This document shows positions 1-10,900 of a stretch of 38,916 nt of DNA, piece after piece (within the stretch, counting starts at the first letter, position 1; each line of letters starts with the position of its first letter). The notes beneath the pieces are model-generated. The model had not been told where the DNA came from. It saw only the letters and a list, made by a program, of their open reading frames with translations, and did not search any database. The position numbers and the translations under genes were made by a program. This DNA comes from Babesia bigemina (lineage: Eukaryota). The stretch lies in the NCBI RefSeq assembly GCF_000981445.1, contig NW_012237200.1, positions 1-38,916 on the forward strand, read 5' to 3'.

Positions 1-270
1 GGTCAGCACCTTGGTCAGCACTTTGGTCAGCACGTTGGTCGTGGCATTGGTCACCACTTTGGCCGTGGCATTGGTCAGCACATTGGTCAACACTTTGGTC
101 AGCACTTTGGTCAGCACATTGGTCAGCACGTTGGTCAGCACTTTGGTCATGGCATTGGTCATCACGTTGGTCACCACTTTGGTCAGCACATTGGTCAGCA
201 CTTTGGTCATGGCATTGGTCACCTCTTTGGTCACCACTTTGGTCAGCACATTGGTCAACACTTTAGTTAA
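1..270. repeat. Satellite C: degenerate 12-bp tandem repeat (TTGGTCAGCACT consensus), truncated at window start
   Basis: TTGGTC recurs every 12 nt with a variable second half (AGCACT, AACACT, ACCACT, ATGGCA, GTGGCA). Confidence 0.95.
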
Positions 271-386
271 CTATTACACAATCACATACAACGATCAATG
301 AGTGATACAACAGATTAAAGCACAATTCATAAGTTAGGTGAGTAGGTGATGCTAGGTGAGTGTAGATAGTAAACACGTGAGTACGA

Positions 387-3300
387 TTATGGTTGTAGAT
401 AAAACACTCTGTTAAGCTTGCTGACACGTGCCGCGGCGAGTAGCGATTGAGCGGCTATGCGATGTGTTGACGGTGAGTGTAAGTGAGATTTGATGTGGAG
501 CAGGTCTAGGCGGATGACCATGATGTGGAGGAGGTACAATAAAGAGAGGAGCCAGAGGGCGAGGGTTAGAGTCATGAAGGGGAGGCGGATTTGGTAGAGG
601 AAGTTGTCGCATTCTGTGAAAAGGTTTTTAAAATAATCAGAGTGCAGAACATCGTATAATTGGCTGCGCATATCAATACACTTCTTCTTCATTGTTATTA
701 ATGTTTTGACATTTTGAAATGTTAATCCGTAGTTGTACAACGTCGGCCAGACGCCTCTACATCCAACTAGGGAAGGACATAGGCAACCTGATCCAGGGCC
801 TTTTGGATTAGGCATACCATGTTTACCTGGTTTACATGAGTTGCCATTCAAGCACATCTGGCATCCCCAATCTAAGCAGAATATCTGTATGAAGTCATTG
901 TACAAATTGTTAAGACAATTCCAGAAATCCCATGTTAAATATATTGCCCAGGACATGTAGAGGTTTGAATGCTTATGAGCGAAATGCCCGTATACATCAC
1001 AACATAAGTTAGATACGTACGGAGCACAGTGTTGTTTATTGGAGCATATGGTGGTCAGTGAGAAGCACGACAAATCTATTTTGTCGCCATCTTTATACGT
1101 CTTACCATGGTCGCTCGGTGTGTTGCCGTATGTTTGACGCAACAAATCTGTGAGGTCGTCCGTGTTTTTATATAATTTAATGGACTGTTCAGTAAGCGAT
1201 GTGCGCATTAATTCTAAGAAGGAATGTTTGTTATTGGTTTCCCAACCGTCAACAAATGACAACGTGAAAGCGTAATGCTCTGGTAGAGTAGACGGTGGAC
1301 TGGGTGTGAGCGCAAACAGTGCGTCGATATCATCGATGTTCATGAATGTCTCAATAATTTTACACAGATCCTCACCAGATTTCGTGCATCCTGAGAATGC
1401 CCTGAAACCTAGGGGGGTTAGACACGGCATACTTTTTGTAGAGCTCGCAGAACACGTATTACACTTGGGTTTACATCCCACTGATTGCAATCTGTGAGGT
1501 AGATGTCCGGGTAGACAATCGTTCAGATAAGACATAAGTGGTGAATTTGGTTGACAACTTACTGAGGCGTGAACTCGGCAATTTGGTTTGCACGTTGCTT
1601 CACACGTAGGATGGCACGCTGCTTTGCCGGTTGACTGGTTGTTACAATGCGATTTGGATGTGAATACATCTCTTCCGTATCGGCAGTCACGCCAACCGTA
1701 ATGCTCAGCTGGAACCTTACACCGGCTGCGCAAGAACCGTAGAGCTCGGAATAATCTACGCAGAATGTCGAGCAGCATATCCAGGCACTGCGATGGGTCT
1801 GTTGGATACATTAGGTGTAACGAATTGGTTGAGAACTCACAGGCGTACACGGTAAATTCATCACCAAAGCCTACGACATGAGTCAGAACATCGTACGCTT
1901 TTTCGCATACGTGGTGCAATACAGCGTCGAGATTCCTATATGTAATTTTACTCGGATAGGCGTCTAGGTATGACGATTCATGATCGTAGAGCGCGATGCC
2001 ATCGACATTAGCTAGCTTCTTATCCGGATTTTCAAGTAAGTTGCCTATGCCTTCACGTAACAAGTCTGAGCGCACGGCATTATACGGCAGTCCGCAGAGC
2101 CACATCAGCATTTCGTAAACAGAGCACGGATACTTAGTGGAGAATTGGGTTGCCATGTGGCAAACTTGATTATACGTTTCCAGGTGTGCAAATATACACT
2201 TAAGATCATCAATGAGATTGCGGTTGCCGGACTGAGACACGACTGTCCCCGCAATCCACCTCTGAATGTGTTCCCCTTTGCAACCATCTTTGTTCCTCAG
2301 TTCACCCTCTTGCTTGTCCGACCGGGAAACATCGTAGCCACGGTTTGCAAAGAAACCTCCGAGACCGTTAACTGTGTTATACTTCGTGCTCTCGATGGAT
2401 AAGTTAATCATCTTTCCTTTCCACCTACCATCACAGTTTTCTGACAACTCACTCAGATCTTCCAGCAATATTGGTACCAATGTGCAGAGAATTTGTGCGC
2501 ATTTTTTAGGCTGCCCTGATAACACGGAGTCGAGACCAACAGCCCAATTGATGTTCTGACCAGAGTACGGCGACACGTATGCCTTAGTTAGCTCCGAGGA
2601 GAAAGACGTCAATCCATGCTTTACGGCATCCAGAAGCGGCATGGAGATTTCCGAGAAGGACGTTGAAGGATTAAAGTCGCCGAGCAGATTCTGGAGTTGG
2701 TCAAGCAGCTCGGAAAATCTGGAGTCGAACGTAAATTTCCTGTTGGAGTTGTTTTTCAAGTGGGCAAGCACAAGTTTGAGTTTCTCATAAGCGGTTTCCA
2801 ACTTCATATGATATATGTTGTGTGGACCTTCGGACTCGAATAATTTTCTAATTTCATCAGCAACATGAAATAATATAGGATCAACATAGGCCCTGAATGC
2901 CTGAGACAATTCCTCGACGGACTCCTTATTTTGCAGTGCATCAAGTTTATTATCTTGCCGCCGAACCAGCTTACCAAAATCATCTAAGTCACCTTTCACA
3001 CGTTTCAGAAGAGCTTTGTGGCCACTTATGGAGTCGAGGTATATTATTCCTTTTATTTCTCCCAGCCGAAGCTCCACAACGTCTTTCAGGTCCTGCAGCT
3101 CATTCTTCCTGCGATTAGCATATAAACTGTGGGCTTCAGTTTTCATGGCGTCGGTTGCCGAGTTGATACGTTTGATCAACTCTTCAGATGTGGTCTGGAT
3201 ATACTCAATGATGGATGCCTTGGCAGCTTCCACAGCTTGTTTGACCTGCTTTCTTAAGTATGATAAAGCGCTATGATTGGCGTTAATGCACTTCTTAATT

Positions 3301-5749
3301 GACATACGCAGACTACCTTCTTCATTATTCTGCCCGAGGGTTTTTAGAAACATTTCTAAATACTTAACGGTTTTTTCTATGCCATTATCCTTAGCGTTAA
3401 GCTGATTAGCTAATACGGTGATCGCTGCCAGCGGCTCATCAACGCCTTTAATCGCCGCGTCAAGAGCCATTCGCTGAATTTTCATACCACTCAATAGTGC
3501 TTGTGTCTGACTTTGCACTTCTTTCAACCTTGTGTCAACGTTTTTGGCGTAATTAGTACTGTCTCCAGCAGTTCTACCACCAGTGGAGAGTTGTCCAGTC
3601 GCGTTTTCGAGATTTCCGTGAAGGTTGCTTATGGGTTTTTTCAAGTAATCTAATGCCCCAGTTACTGGGTCGCTTCTTAGCAACGTAGCCATCCCAGCCA
3701 CTTTACCTATAGCCGCTTCCACTGCGGTGTCGAGGCTCGATTTATTGACGAACTGCTGCAGTTCAGAGGCAACCTGATCGGCGGTGGTGGATAGTACATA
3801 CATTATTCGCTTGTAAGCTTCCTCAAGATACCCTTTTGCCATGGCGGCGGAAGGAGAAGCTGGATTCTTCAAAACTACTCTATCGATCGCTGCGATTGCG
3901 CCATCAAAATTAATTTCGCCTTTTTTGTGTCTGTCCATCTGCAAATCAATTCCTCCAGAAAATTGCTGACAGACAATTTGAACAGCGCTGACATATTTCT
4001 GAATCTTGTCGTTGTGGTCAAGTCGAACACTGTCAATGGTACTTTTGAAATCTTTCACAGCGTCGTCAATAATACCGACTTTAAGGTTGGCAACAATCTG
4101 TTGTGCGATCTTCGCGATACCTTCGTCATTAAGTTCATCACTACTGTCTGCACTTTTATATTGCGAATGCAACTTACTGTTACCCTTAAGATACGCCTTA
4201 AACTTTTGTCTCACAAACTCATTGTCAGTCAGAATGTTCACTACCCACTCCTCCACAGTTTTTTCAAAATACTCTTCTTCATTACCCCTCTCACTGAACC
4301 TTTTGGCATATTTTAAAACACCGTCAAGAATATCACGAAGAAGACCGGTTCGCCGAGGTCCTGGATCAGCGACATCCGTACCATTGAGTTCCTTAACTAG
4401 ATTCTCAACGCCACTTTTAAAATCTTTCCAATGATGTTCGACACTACTTTTAGCGTTGTCACCGCCCAACACGCTATTTTTTATTGTAAAAACCTGTTTT
4501 TTAATATACGCAATTAACTCATCAACAGTCTTATGTTCCGAATCTGCTAGTGTTGCGCCACCAACATTGTCAATTTTTTTGTACAGCTCTGTTATAGATG
4601 TATACACCAGGCTGACTGCACTGTCAAGCGGCCTTTGCACATTAATCCTGAAATTATTTTCGAATTCCAAAAGTTCGCTGTTTATGTCTTTAATCTGCTT
4701 TGTTAATTTTCCGCGTATTAGAGCATCAAGGGAATCCATATTTAGATCATTATCCCTCGCATGTCTGACGGCATCATCAGCGATACTTATCAATCGCATT
4801 AACTGTTTTTCTGACTCACTCAATCCTTGGTCCAAATTCTTCATTTTACTTTCAAGCTCTTTAATCTCACTTTGTATGTCACCAACAAACTCAACTGCCT
4901 TTTTGTCTGCATTTTCGTGAAGTTCTTTGTGTATTGAACGACACAACTCATGATGCTCCTGCTGCGTTTTCAGAAATGTTTTTCGAATGTCATCGTTTTT
5001 TGCCAATTTTTTTAGTTCACTAAAAGCTTGAAAAATTTTTTCAATAGCAGGTGCTGTTTTTTTCTGTAACGGCACATCAATTAATTTGATAATTTCTCCA
5101 TCATTTTGTAGTTTAGCGAGAAGCCTTTTATTAATGGTTATAGAACCCGATAGATTCGAAGAAATAGCATCAAAACCATCTTTTGTCGTATTATCAATAT
5201 AGGTCTTATGCGTGTCGATATTATTCATTATCATCTTCATTTGAATGTATATATTTTCAGTTTTTTCTTTTACACTCTTTCCATACCCCTCCAACCACCC
5301 CTTCACCGCGGCGACAGACTCCACAAGCCCAGCACGCCCGGAGCCAATATTTTTATTTAGTTTCTCAATTACTTTATTAAGTTTTTTATCCTCTCCAGTG
5401 ATGTAATTATCATAAGTTGTCACTTCATTTTCGTTTTTCACCGCACCAAGCACACCACTCAAAAATCCCATCACCCCGTCACACAGCCTGTCCAGGTCAG
5501 AGTACACAATGCCCTGGCCAGTGTAGCCTTTGGAGTCAGAGTTGAAGCCGAGGAAAGTCTGAAGGCCAGTGCAAAGGTTAGTAAAGATGTTAGTAGGGTT
5601 GTTATTTGAGGTTATTTCGCACTTTTTAATTTCATCAAATTTCTTGCCAAGCTCACTAGGCGGCACATGGTCAGGGCAGTGGCAAGAGGTGGAAGAGGGA
5701 AGGGAAGGGTGGCAAGGCACAAGTTATTAGGATGGTTTATAGAGGTCAT
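387..5749 (-). CDS. ves1: ves/VESA-like variant surface antigen, copy 1 (1-bp frameshift near 5' end; first in-frame ATG at 5471)
   Basis: 1777-codon open frame 387..5720 with GIVYSDLDRLCDGVMGFL motif, Cys-rich C-half, TM helix (PFMTLTLALWLLSLLYLLHIMVI) and tail RLDLLHIKSHLHSPSTHRIAAQSLLAAARVSKLNRVFYLQP typical of Babesia ves-family proteins. The paralogous ATG at 5749 (MTSINHPNNLCLATL) is out of frame by 1 nt relative to copy 3. Confidence 0.8.
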
Positions 5750-5773
5750 AGCGGTATTATAGCGAGGTAATTC
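5750..5773 (-). promoter_or_regulatory. Conserved 24-nt leader between satellite A and ves ATG (sense GAATTACCTCGCTATAATACCGCT)
   Basis: Same length and near-identical sequence at 13582-13605, 23621-23644 and 36061-36084; function inferred from position only. Confidence 0.6.
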
Positions 5774-6496
5774 GGTCGATGTGGAGTGGATAAAGGAGCG
5801 ATGTAGAGTGGGTTAAGGGGCGATGTAGAGTGGATAAGGGAGCGATGTAGAGTGGGTAAAGGGGCGATGTAGAGTGGGTTAAGGGGCGATGTAGAGTGGG
5901 TTAAGGAGCGATGTAGAGTGGGTTAGGGAGCGATGTAGGGTGGGTTAGGGAGCGATGCAGAGTGGATAAGGGGCGATGTAGAGTGGACAAAGGGGCGATG
6001 TGGAGTGGATAAGGAGCGATGTAGAGTGGGTTAGGGAGCGATGTAGAGTGGATAAAGGGGCGATGTAGAGTGGGTTAAGGGGCGATGTAGAGTGGATAAA
6101 GAGCGATGTAGAGTGGGTTAAGGAGCGATGTAGAGTGGGTAAAGGGGCGATGTAGAGTGCGTTAAGGGGCGATGTAGAGTGGACAAAGGGGCGATGTGGA
6201 GTGGGTTAAGGGGCGATGTAGAGTGGTTAAAGGAGCGATGTAGAGTGGATTAGGGAGCGATGTAGAGTGGGTTAGGTAGCGATGTAGAGTGGGTTAGGGG
6301 GCGATATGGAGTGGGTTAAGGAGCGATGTAGAGTGGGTTAGGGAGCGATGTAAAGTGGGTTAGGGAGCGATGTAAAGTGTGGGTTAGGGAGCGATGTAGA
6401 GTGGGTTAGGGAGCGATGTAGAGTGGGTTAAGGAGCGATGTAGAGTGGGTTAGGGAGCGATGTAGAGTGAATAAAGGGGCGATGTAGAGTGGATAA
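5774..6496. repeat. Satellite A array 1: 20-21-bp purine-rich repeat (GCGATGTAGAGTGG core + variable linker), ~34 units
   Basis: Core GCGATGTAGAGTGG at ~21-nt period; linkers ATAAAGG, GTTAAGG, GTTAGGGA etc. Confidence 0.97.
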
Positions 6497-6510
6497 TAAT
6501 CACCACTTTG

Positions 6511-6908
6511 GTAACCATGTCATCGCTGCCGTTACCATGTCATCGCTGCCGTAACCATCAACTTGTCATCGCTGCCGTGACCATGTCATCGCTGCCGTGA
6601 CCATGTCATCGCTGCCGTGACCATGTCATCGCTGCCGTGACCATATCATCGCTGCCGTAACCATGTCATCGCTGCCGTGACCATGTCATCGCTGCCGTGT
6701 CCATATCATCGCTGCCGTAACCATGTCATCGCTGCCGTGACCATGTCATCGCTGCCGTGACCATATCATCGCTGCCGTGACCATGTCATCGCTGCCGTAA
6801 CCATGTCGTCGCTGCCGTGACCATGTCATCGCTGCCGTGACCATGTCATCGCTGCCGTGACCATTTCATCGCTGCCGTGACCACCAACTGTCATCGCTGC
6901 CGTAACCA
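6511..6908. repeat. Satellite B array: 20-bp repeat CCATGTCATCGCTGCCGT(G/A)A, ~19 units
   Basis: Near-perfect 20-nt periodicity. Confidence 0.96.
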
Positions 6909-7783
6909 TCATCTTGGTCAGGTGCTAGCTTAGCACTTTGCCTGGTTGCTAGGTTAGCACTTTGCCTGAGTGCTAGCTTACCACGTTGTCTGGTTGCTAG
7001 CTTACCACTTTGCCTGGTTGCCAGCTTAGCACTTTGCCTGGTTGCCAGCTTAGCACTTCGCCTGGTTGCTAGGTCAACACTTTGCCTGGATGCTAGGTTA
7101 GCATTTAGCTTGGTTGCTAGGTTACCACTTTGCCTGGGTGCTAGGTTAGCACTTTGCCTGGTTGCCAGCTTAGCACGTTGCCGGGTTGCCATCTTACCAC
7201 TTTGCCTGGGTGCTAGGTTAGCACTTTGCCTGTGTGCTAGGTTAGCACTTTGCCTGTGTGCTAGGTTAGCACATTGCCTGGTTGCTAGCTTAGCACTTTG
7301 CCTGGTTGCTAGGTTAGCACTTTGCCTGTGTGCTAGGTTAGCACTTTGCCTGTGTGCTAGGTTAGCACATTGCCTGGTTGCTAGCTTAGCACTTTGCCTG
7401 GTTGCTAGCTTAGCACGTTGCTTGATTGCTTGCTTAGCACTTTGCCTGGGTGCTTGCTTAGCACTTTGCCTGGGTGCTTGCTTAGCACTTTGCCTGGTTG
7501 CTAGCTTAGCACTTTGCCTGGTTGCTAGCTTAGCACTTTGCCTGGTTGCTTGCTTAGCACTTTGCCTGGTTGCTAGCTTAGCACCTTGCCTGGTTGCCTG
7601 CTTACCACTTTGCCTGGGTGCCAGGTTAGCACTTAGCCTGGTTGCTAGCTTAGGACTTAGCCTGTGTGCTAGCTTAGCACTTTGCTTGGTTGCTAGCTTA
7701 GGACTTAGCCTGTGTGCTAGCTTAGCACTTTGCCTGGTTGCTAGGTTAGCACTTTGCCTGGTTGCTAGCTTATCACTTTGCAT
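6866..7783 (-). CDS. Hypothetical basic octapeptide-repeat protein (QSAKLATR)n, 305 aa, encoded by satellite D
   Basis: True ATG (ACGACA-ATG-CAA) 144 nt after the ves copy 2 stop, in the only stop-free minus frame of the repeat; same ATG context at 18139 and 30083. Could be a repeat artefact. Confidence 0.35.
   Translation of the reverse strand: MQSDKLATRQSANLATRQSAKLAHRLSPKLATKQSAKLAHRLSPKLATRLSANLAPRQSGKQATRQGAKLATRQSAKQATRQSAKLATRQSAKLATRQSAKQAPRQSAKQAPRQSAKQAIKQRAKLATRQSAKLATRQCANLAHRQSANLAHRQSANLATRQSAKLATRQCANLAHRQSANLAHRQSANLAPRQSGKMATRQRAKLATRQSANLAPRQSGNLATKLNANLASRQSVDLATRRSAKLATRQSAKLATRQSGKLATRQRGKLALRQSANLATRQSAKLAPDQDDGYGSDDSWWSRQR
6920..7783. repeat. Satellite D array 1: 24-bp repeat TGCCTGGTTGCTAGCTTAGCACTT, ~36 units
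   Basis: 24-nt periodicity with substitutions and no indels. Confidence 0.96.
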
Positions 7784-7926
7784 TGTCGTTCACTCATCAC
7801 TTAATCTTAACGCTATCTAGTTCACAGGTTGCCGCTAGAGTAATTCGAGACATTAGACTACGTTTGTCAGTTAGGTGAGTAGGTGAGTAGTTACGTGAGT
7901 TGTGTGAATTACAAATGTGGCGATGA

Positions 7927-10900
7927 TCACGGTTGTAGATACGATATCTTGGCAAGCCTTCCGACTTGCGCTGCCGCCAACAATGATTGCGCTGTAATCT
8001 TGTGCGACGACGGTATCCTCAGGTGTGAGCGGATATGGAGCACATCCAGTCTGCCAACCATGACGCAGATGAGGTAGAAGAGGGACAGCGACCAGAGCGC
8101 GACGGTGGTCCAGAAGAATTTCTCCCTGATTTGCCAAAGAAAATCGGGAATTGTTTTGTTAACGAGCATATATAAAGCGTTACCTGGTCTCACGACGAAT
8201 CCCAGTGCCTGGCAGAAATCTTCACATGTACGTTTTTTACGTCTGCCATCATCACCACTCATTTCGAACGGACTGCCGAAAGTAAATCCTGATGAGTATA
8301 TAGCCGCATGGGTAGCTCGGCATTTAACAATAGAACCACATAACGATTCATGCTTAATTGTATCAAATCCCGCAAGTTTATTGTCTTCATTAGTATGCTT
8401 ATATCCATAGCTGAACCTGACTTGACAATCCTTGACACAGCTCTTGTCATAGCAACGCTTGCCAGGTCTATTGCAGTTTCGGCAGCATTCGTCATACAAT
8501 TTCTTGAGTAAGTCGTAGAATGTTTCGGTAATGTATACTACCCATGACAGGTAGTGGCTTGCGTGGTACTTAGAATATACCACCATGATGTCGTTGCTAA
8601 TTGGTTGCAGGTACCGACCGCAGGGTAGGCCTGGTAGTGTCTTAGAATCACAAGCTACAAGACTCAGCAGATCACCGTTGTGTTTCGGAAGTTTGCCGGG
8701 AGCATGAGTGGCGTGACTGCTGCTGCTAAACATGGACTTAATCTCTAACTTCGTTTCTGGAATTTTGAAATTAGCGGCTTTGACGGCTAGGTTAAACGCA
8801 ATCTCTCGGTGGTTCTCACGCTCGCCTTTTCCAGTCTCGTACCAGCCATTTATGAAATGGTAGTAGAACGCAAACATGTCGCCCAGCGTCTGCGGCGGAC
8901 GGCGGATGAGGCATGTGATAATACTACACAGTTTAGTGAGATGCGATATGGGACCGCAGAAATTGCGAAGAGCCTCTTTCAGATGAGCGCCGGTTTTCGT
9001 ATGCGAAGCAGTAATTCCGATGTCAGCCAGGCCCATAGGAGTGAGACATGGCTTGCCATGGTGATTAGACACCGAACATTTTACGCCGCAACCAACCTTA
9101 TCAAGCCGGTGTGGCAGGAAGCCTTGTAGTCCATCTTCCAAGAAAGACTGTAGCGGTGACTTTATGCCGCACTTGGAGTGTTGGTTGCACTTTTGGTTAC
9201 CACTTTGGTCAGCATTTTGATCGTCCGTTTGCCTGTCCTTTTGCTCACACTCTTGGTTGGGGCATTGGTAGTCATTGCAGTGCCACGCTGATCCGGCGAT
9301 TCCCTTGCCGTACCAACAATCTTCCCAACCGCCCCTACCACGGCCATTGTAGCACTGTTTGTAGAGGAAGCATAGCTGAGTATATAATCTGCAAACTATA
9401 TCCGCAAGCATATCGAAGCACGCGCTAGGACTGCTGGGATACATCAAATTATCTGCGTTCATATAAAATTCACAAGCGTATCGACCGTCCGCATGACCGT
9501 GTCCGAGGATGGCAACTAACGTATTGTGCGAGTATAAACAAACATTGCGCAAAGTATTGGACAATTGTGTACCATCAAGATGTGATTTAATTTCGCTTTT
9601 TAGGTTGGACGTGACGGCAACATCTAACGCATCTGCCTGTAATTTGTACTCCTCCTTCAACGAGGTAAGCAAAGTTGTGAAATAGCCGGTAACTTTACTA
9701 AACATGGGATTAAACCACAATCCGGGAAGCCATTGCATCATTTCATATATCGTCGTTGGAGGTTTAGGATTAGGGCGCATATTGAGGTGACAGACTTTGT
9801 AGAAGTCTGATAGTTTCATGTTGTTCAGGAACATCAATAGGTTTATCAGCTTCACGTTATTTTCACGCTGGTTACCGTATATTCCCAAAAGCTTTATGGT
9901 CGCAGGATCTACGTTGCTGATTATATTGTGGCACAACTTTATAATTTCCGCACCTTTCAGATTTGTCGCATTGCGCAACTCTCCGTTCTGCGTCTTCTCA
10001 TCCTCTGGCACAATGTAACCACGACGCTGGAACCAGTGACCGAGTGGGTTGGCATTCCTTTTATTCGTAGCATCTAAATCGTACAAACTAATGTGTTTCT
10101 CTCTCCACATACCCTTTTTATTAGTTGGATCGCACTTGCCGTACAGTTCCTGCAGATATTGTAGCAAGATCCCAATTATTGTCAAAAATATTTTGGCGCA
10201 ATTTTTTCCTTCTTCTGTAACATTTCCGGTGTTTGCATATACCAATAAAACGTTCTCGAAACCACCCTCATACCTGCTAACGTACATCCTCTCCAGCTCC
10301 CCGACGAACTGCTCCAGGCTTCGGGGAAAGGCGTCGAGCACGGGGTAGGATGCGTTGCCGAAGTGCGTGGACTTGAAGGTGGAAATGGACGTCTTGAGTG
10401 TTTCGAGCATTTGGGGCACCTGGTGGTCGAAGTGTTTGTGAGTGCTGATGTGGGTGAGGAGATCGGTGAGGTTGCGTTGGATGGTGGAGACACGGTTGGG
10501 ATAGTCACCGATGACCCGAGGCTGGGAGGCGAAAATCTGTTTGAGGTCCTTGTCCAAATATGTGAAAATGTGTTCTGAATAGGTTTTAAATTTGTTGGTG
10601 AAATTTGCTACTTTGTCTCCATGTTCACCTCTGCCAATAGCGTCCTTCACTTCGTCGAGCAGATTTGTCTTCTGTTCCTTCTTGGCCGGGCGACGTTCAA
10701 TGTGACCCGCGGCATAGAGGTCTATTGACTCCCCACTCAGGGTCTTAAGGAAGCCTTTTACGCCGGTGTTGAGGTCCTTGTTGATGGCGCAGGAGATGAT
10801 CTTGAGCTGGGTGGACACTAATTTCCGAAGGGACTGGAGGTCGGCGATATGGCCGTCGGCAAAAAGCTTTCTCACTTCGTTAGTCATGGTTCGGAATGCG

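Noticed and set aside
7110..7820. Plus-strand (LALCLVAS)n ORFs over satellite D and (VSTL)n ORFs over satellite C (also 11-301, 15668-16006, 17727-18149, 29051-30093)
   Set aside because: TTG/GTG starts, no conserved start position; automatic consequence of stop-free repeat frames
7871..8137. Recurrent alternative-frame ORFs over ves 3' ends (also 18162-18470, 30145-30396)
   Set aside because: Explained by nucleotide conservation of the ves tail; start positions differ between copies
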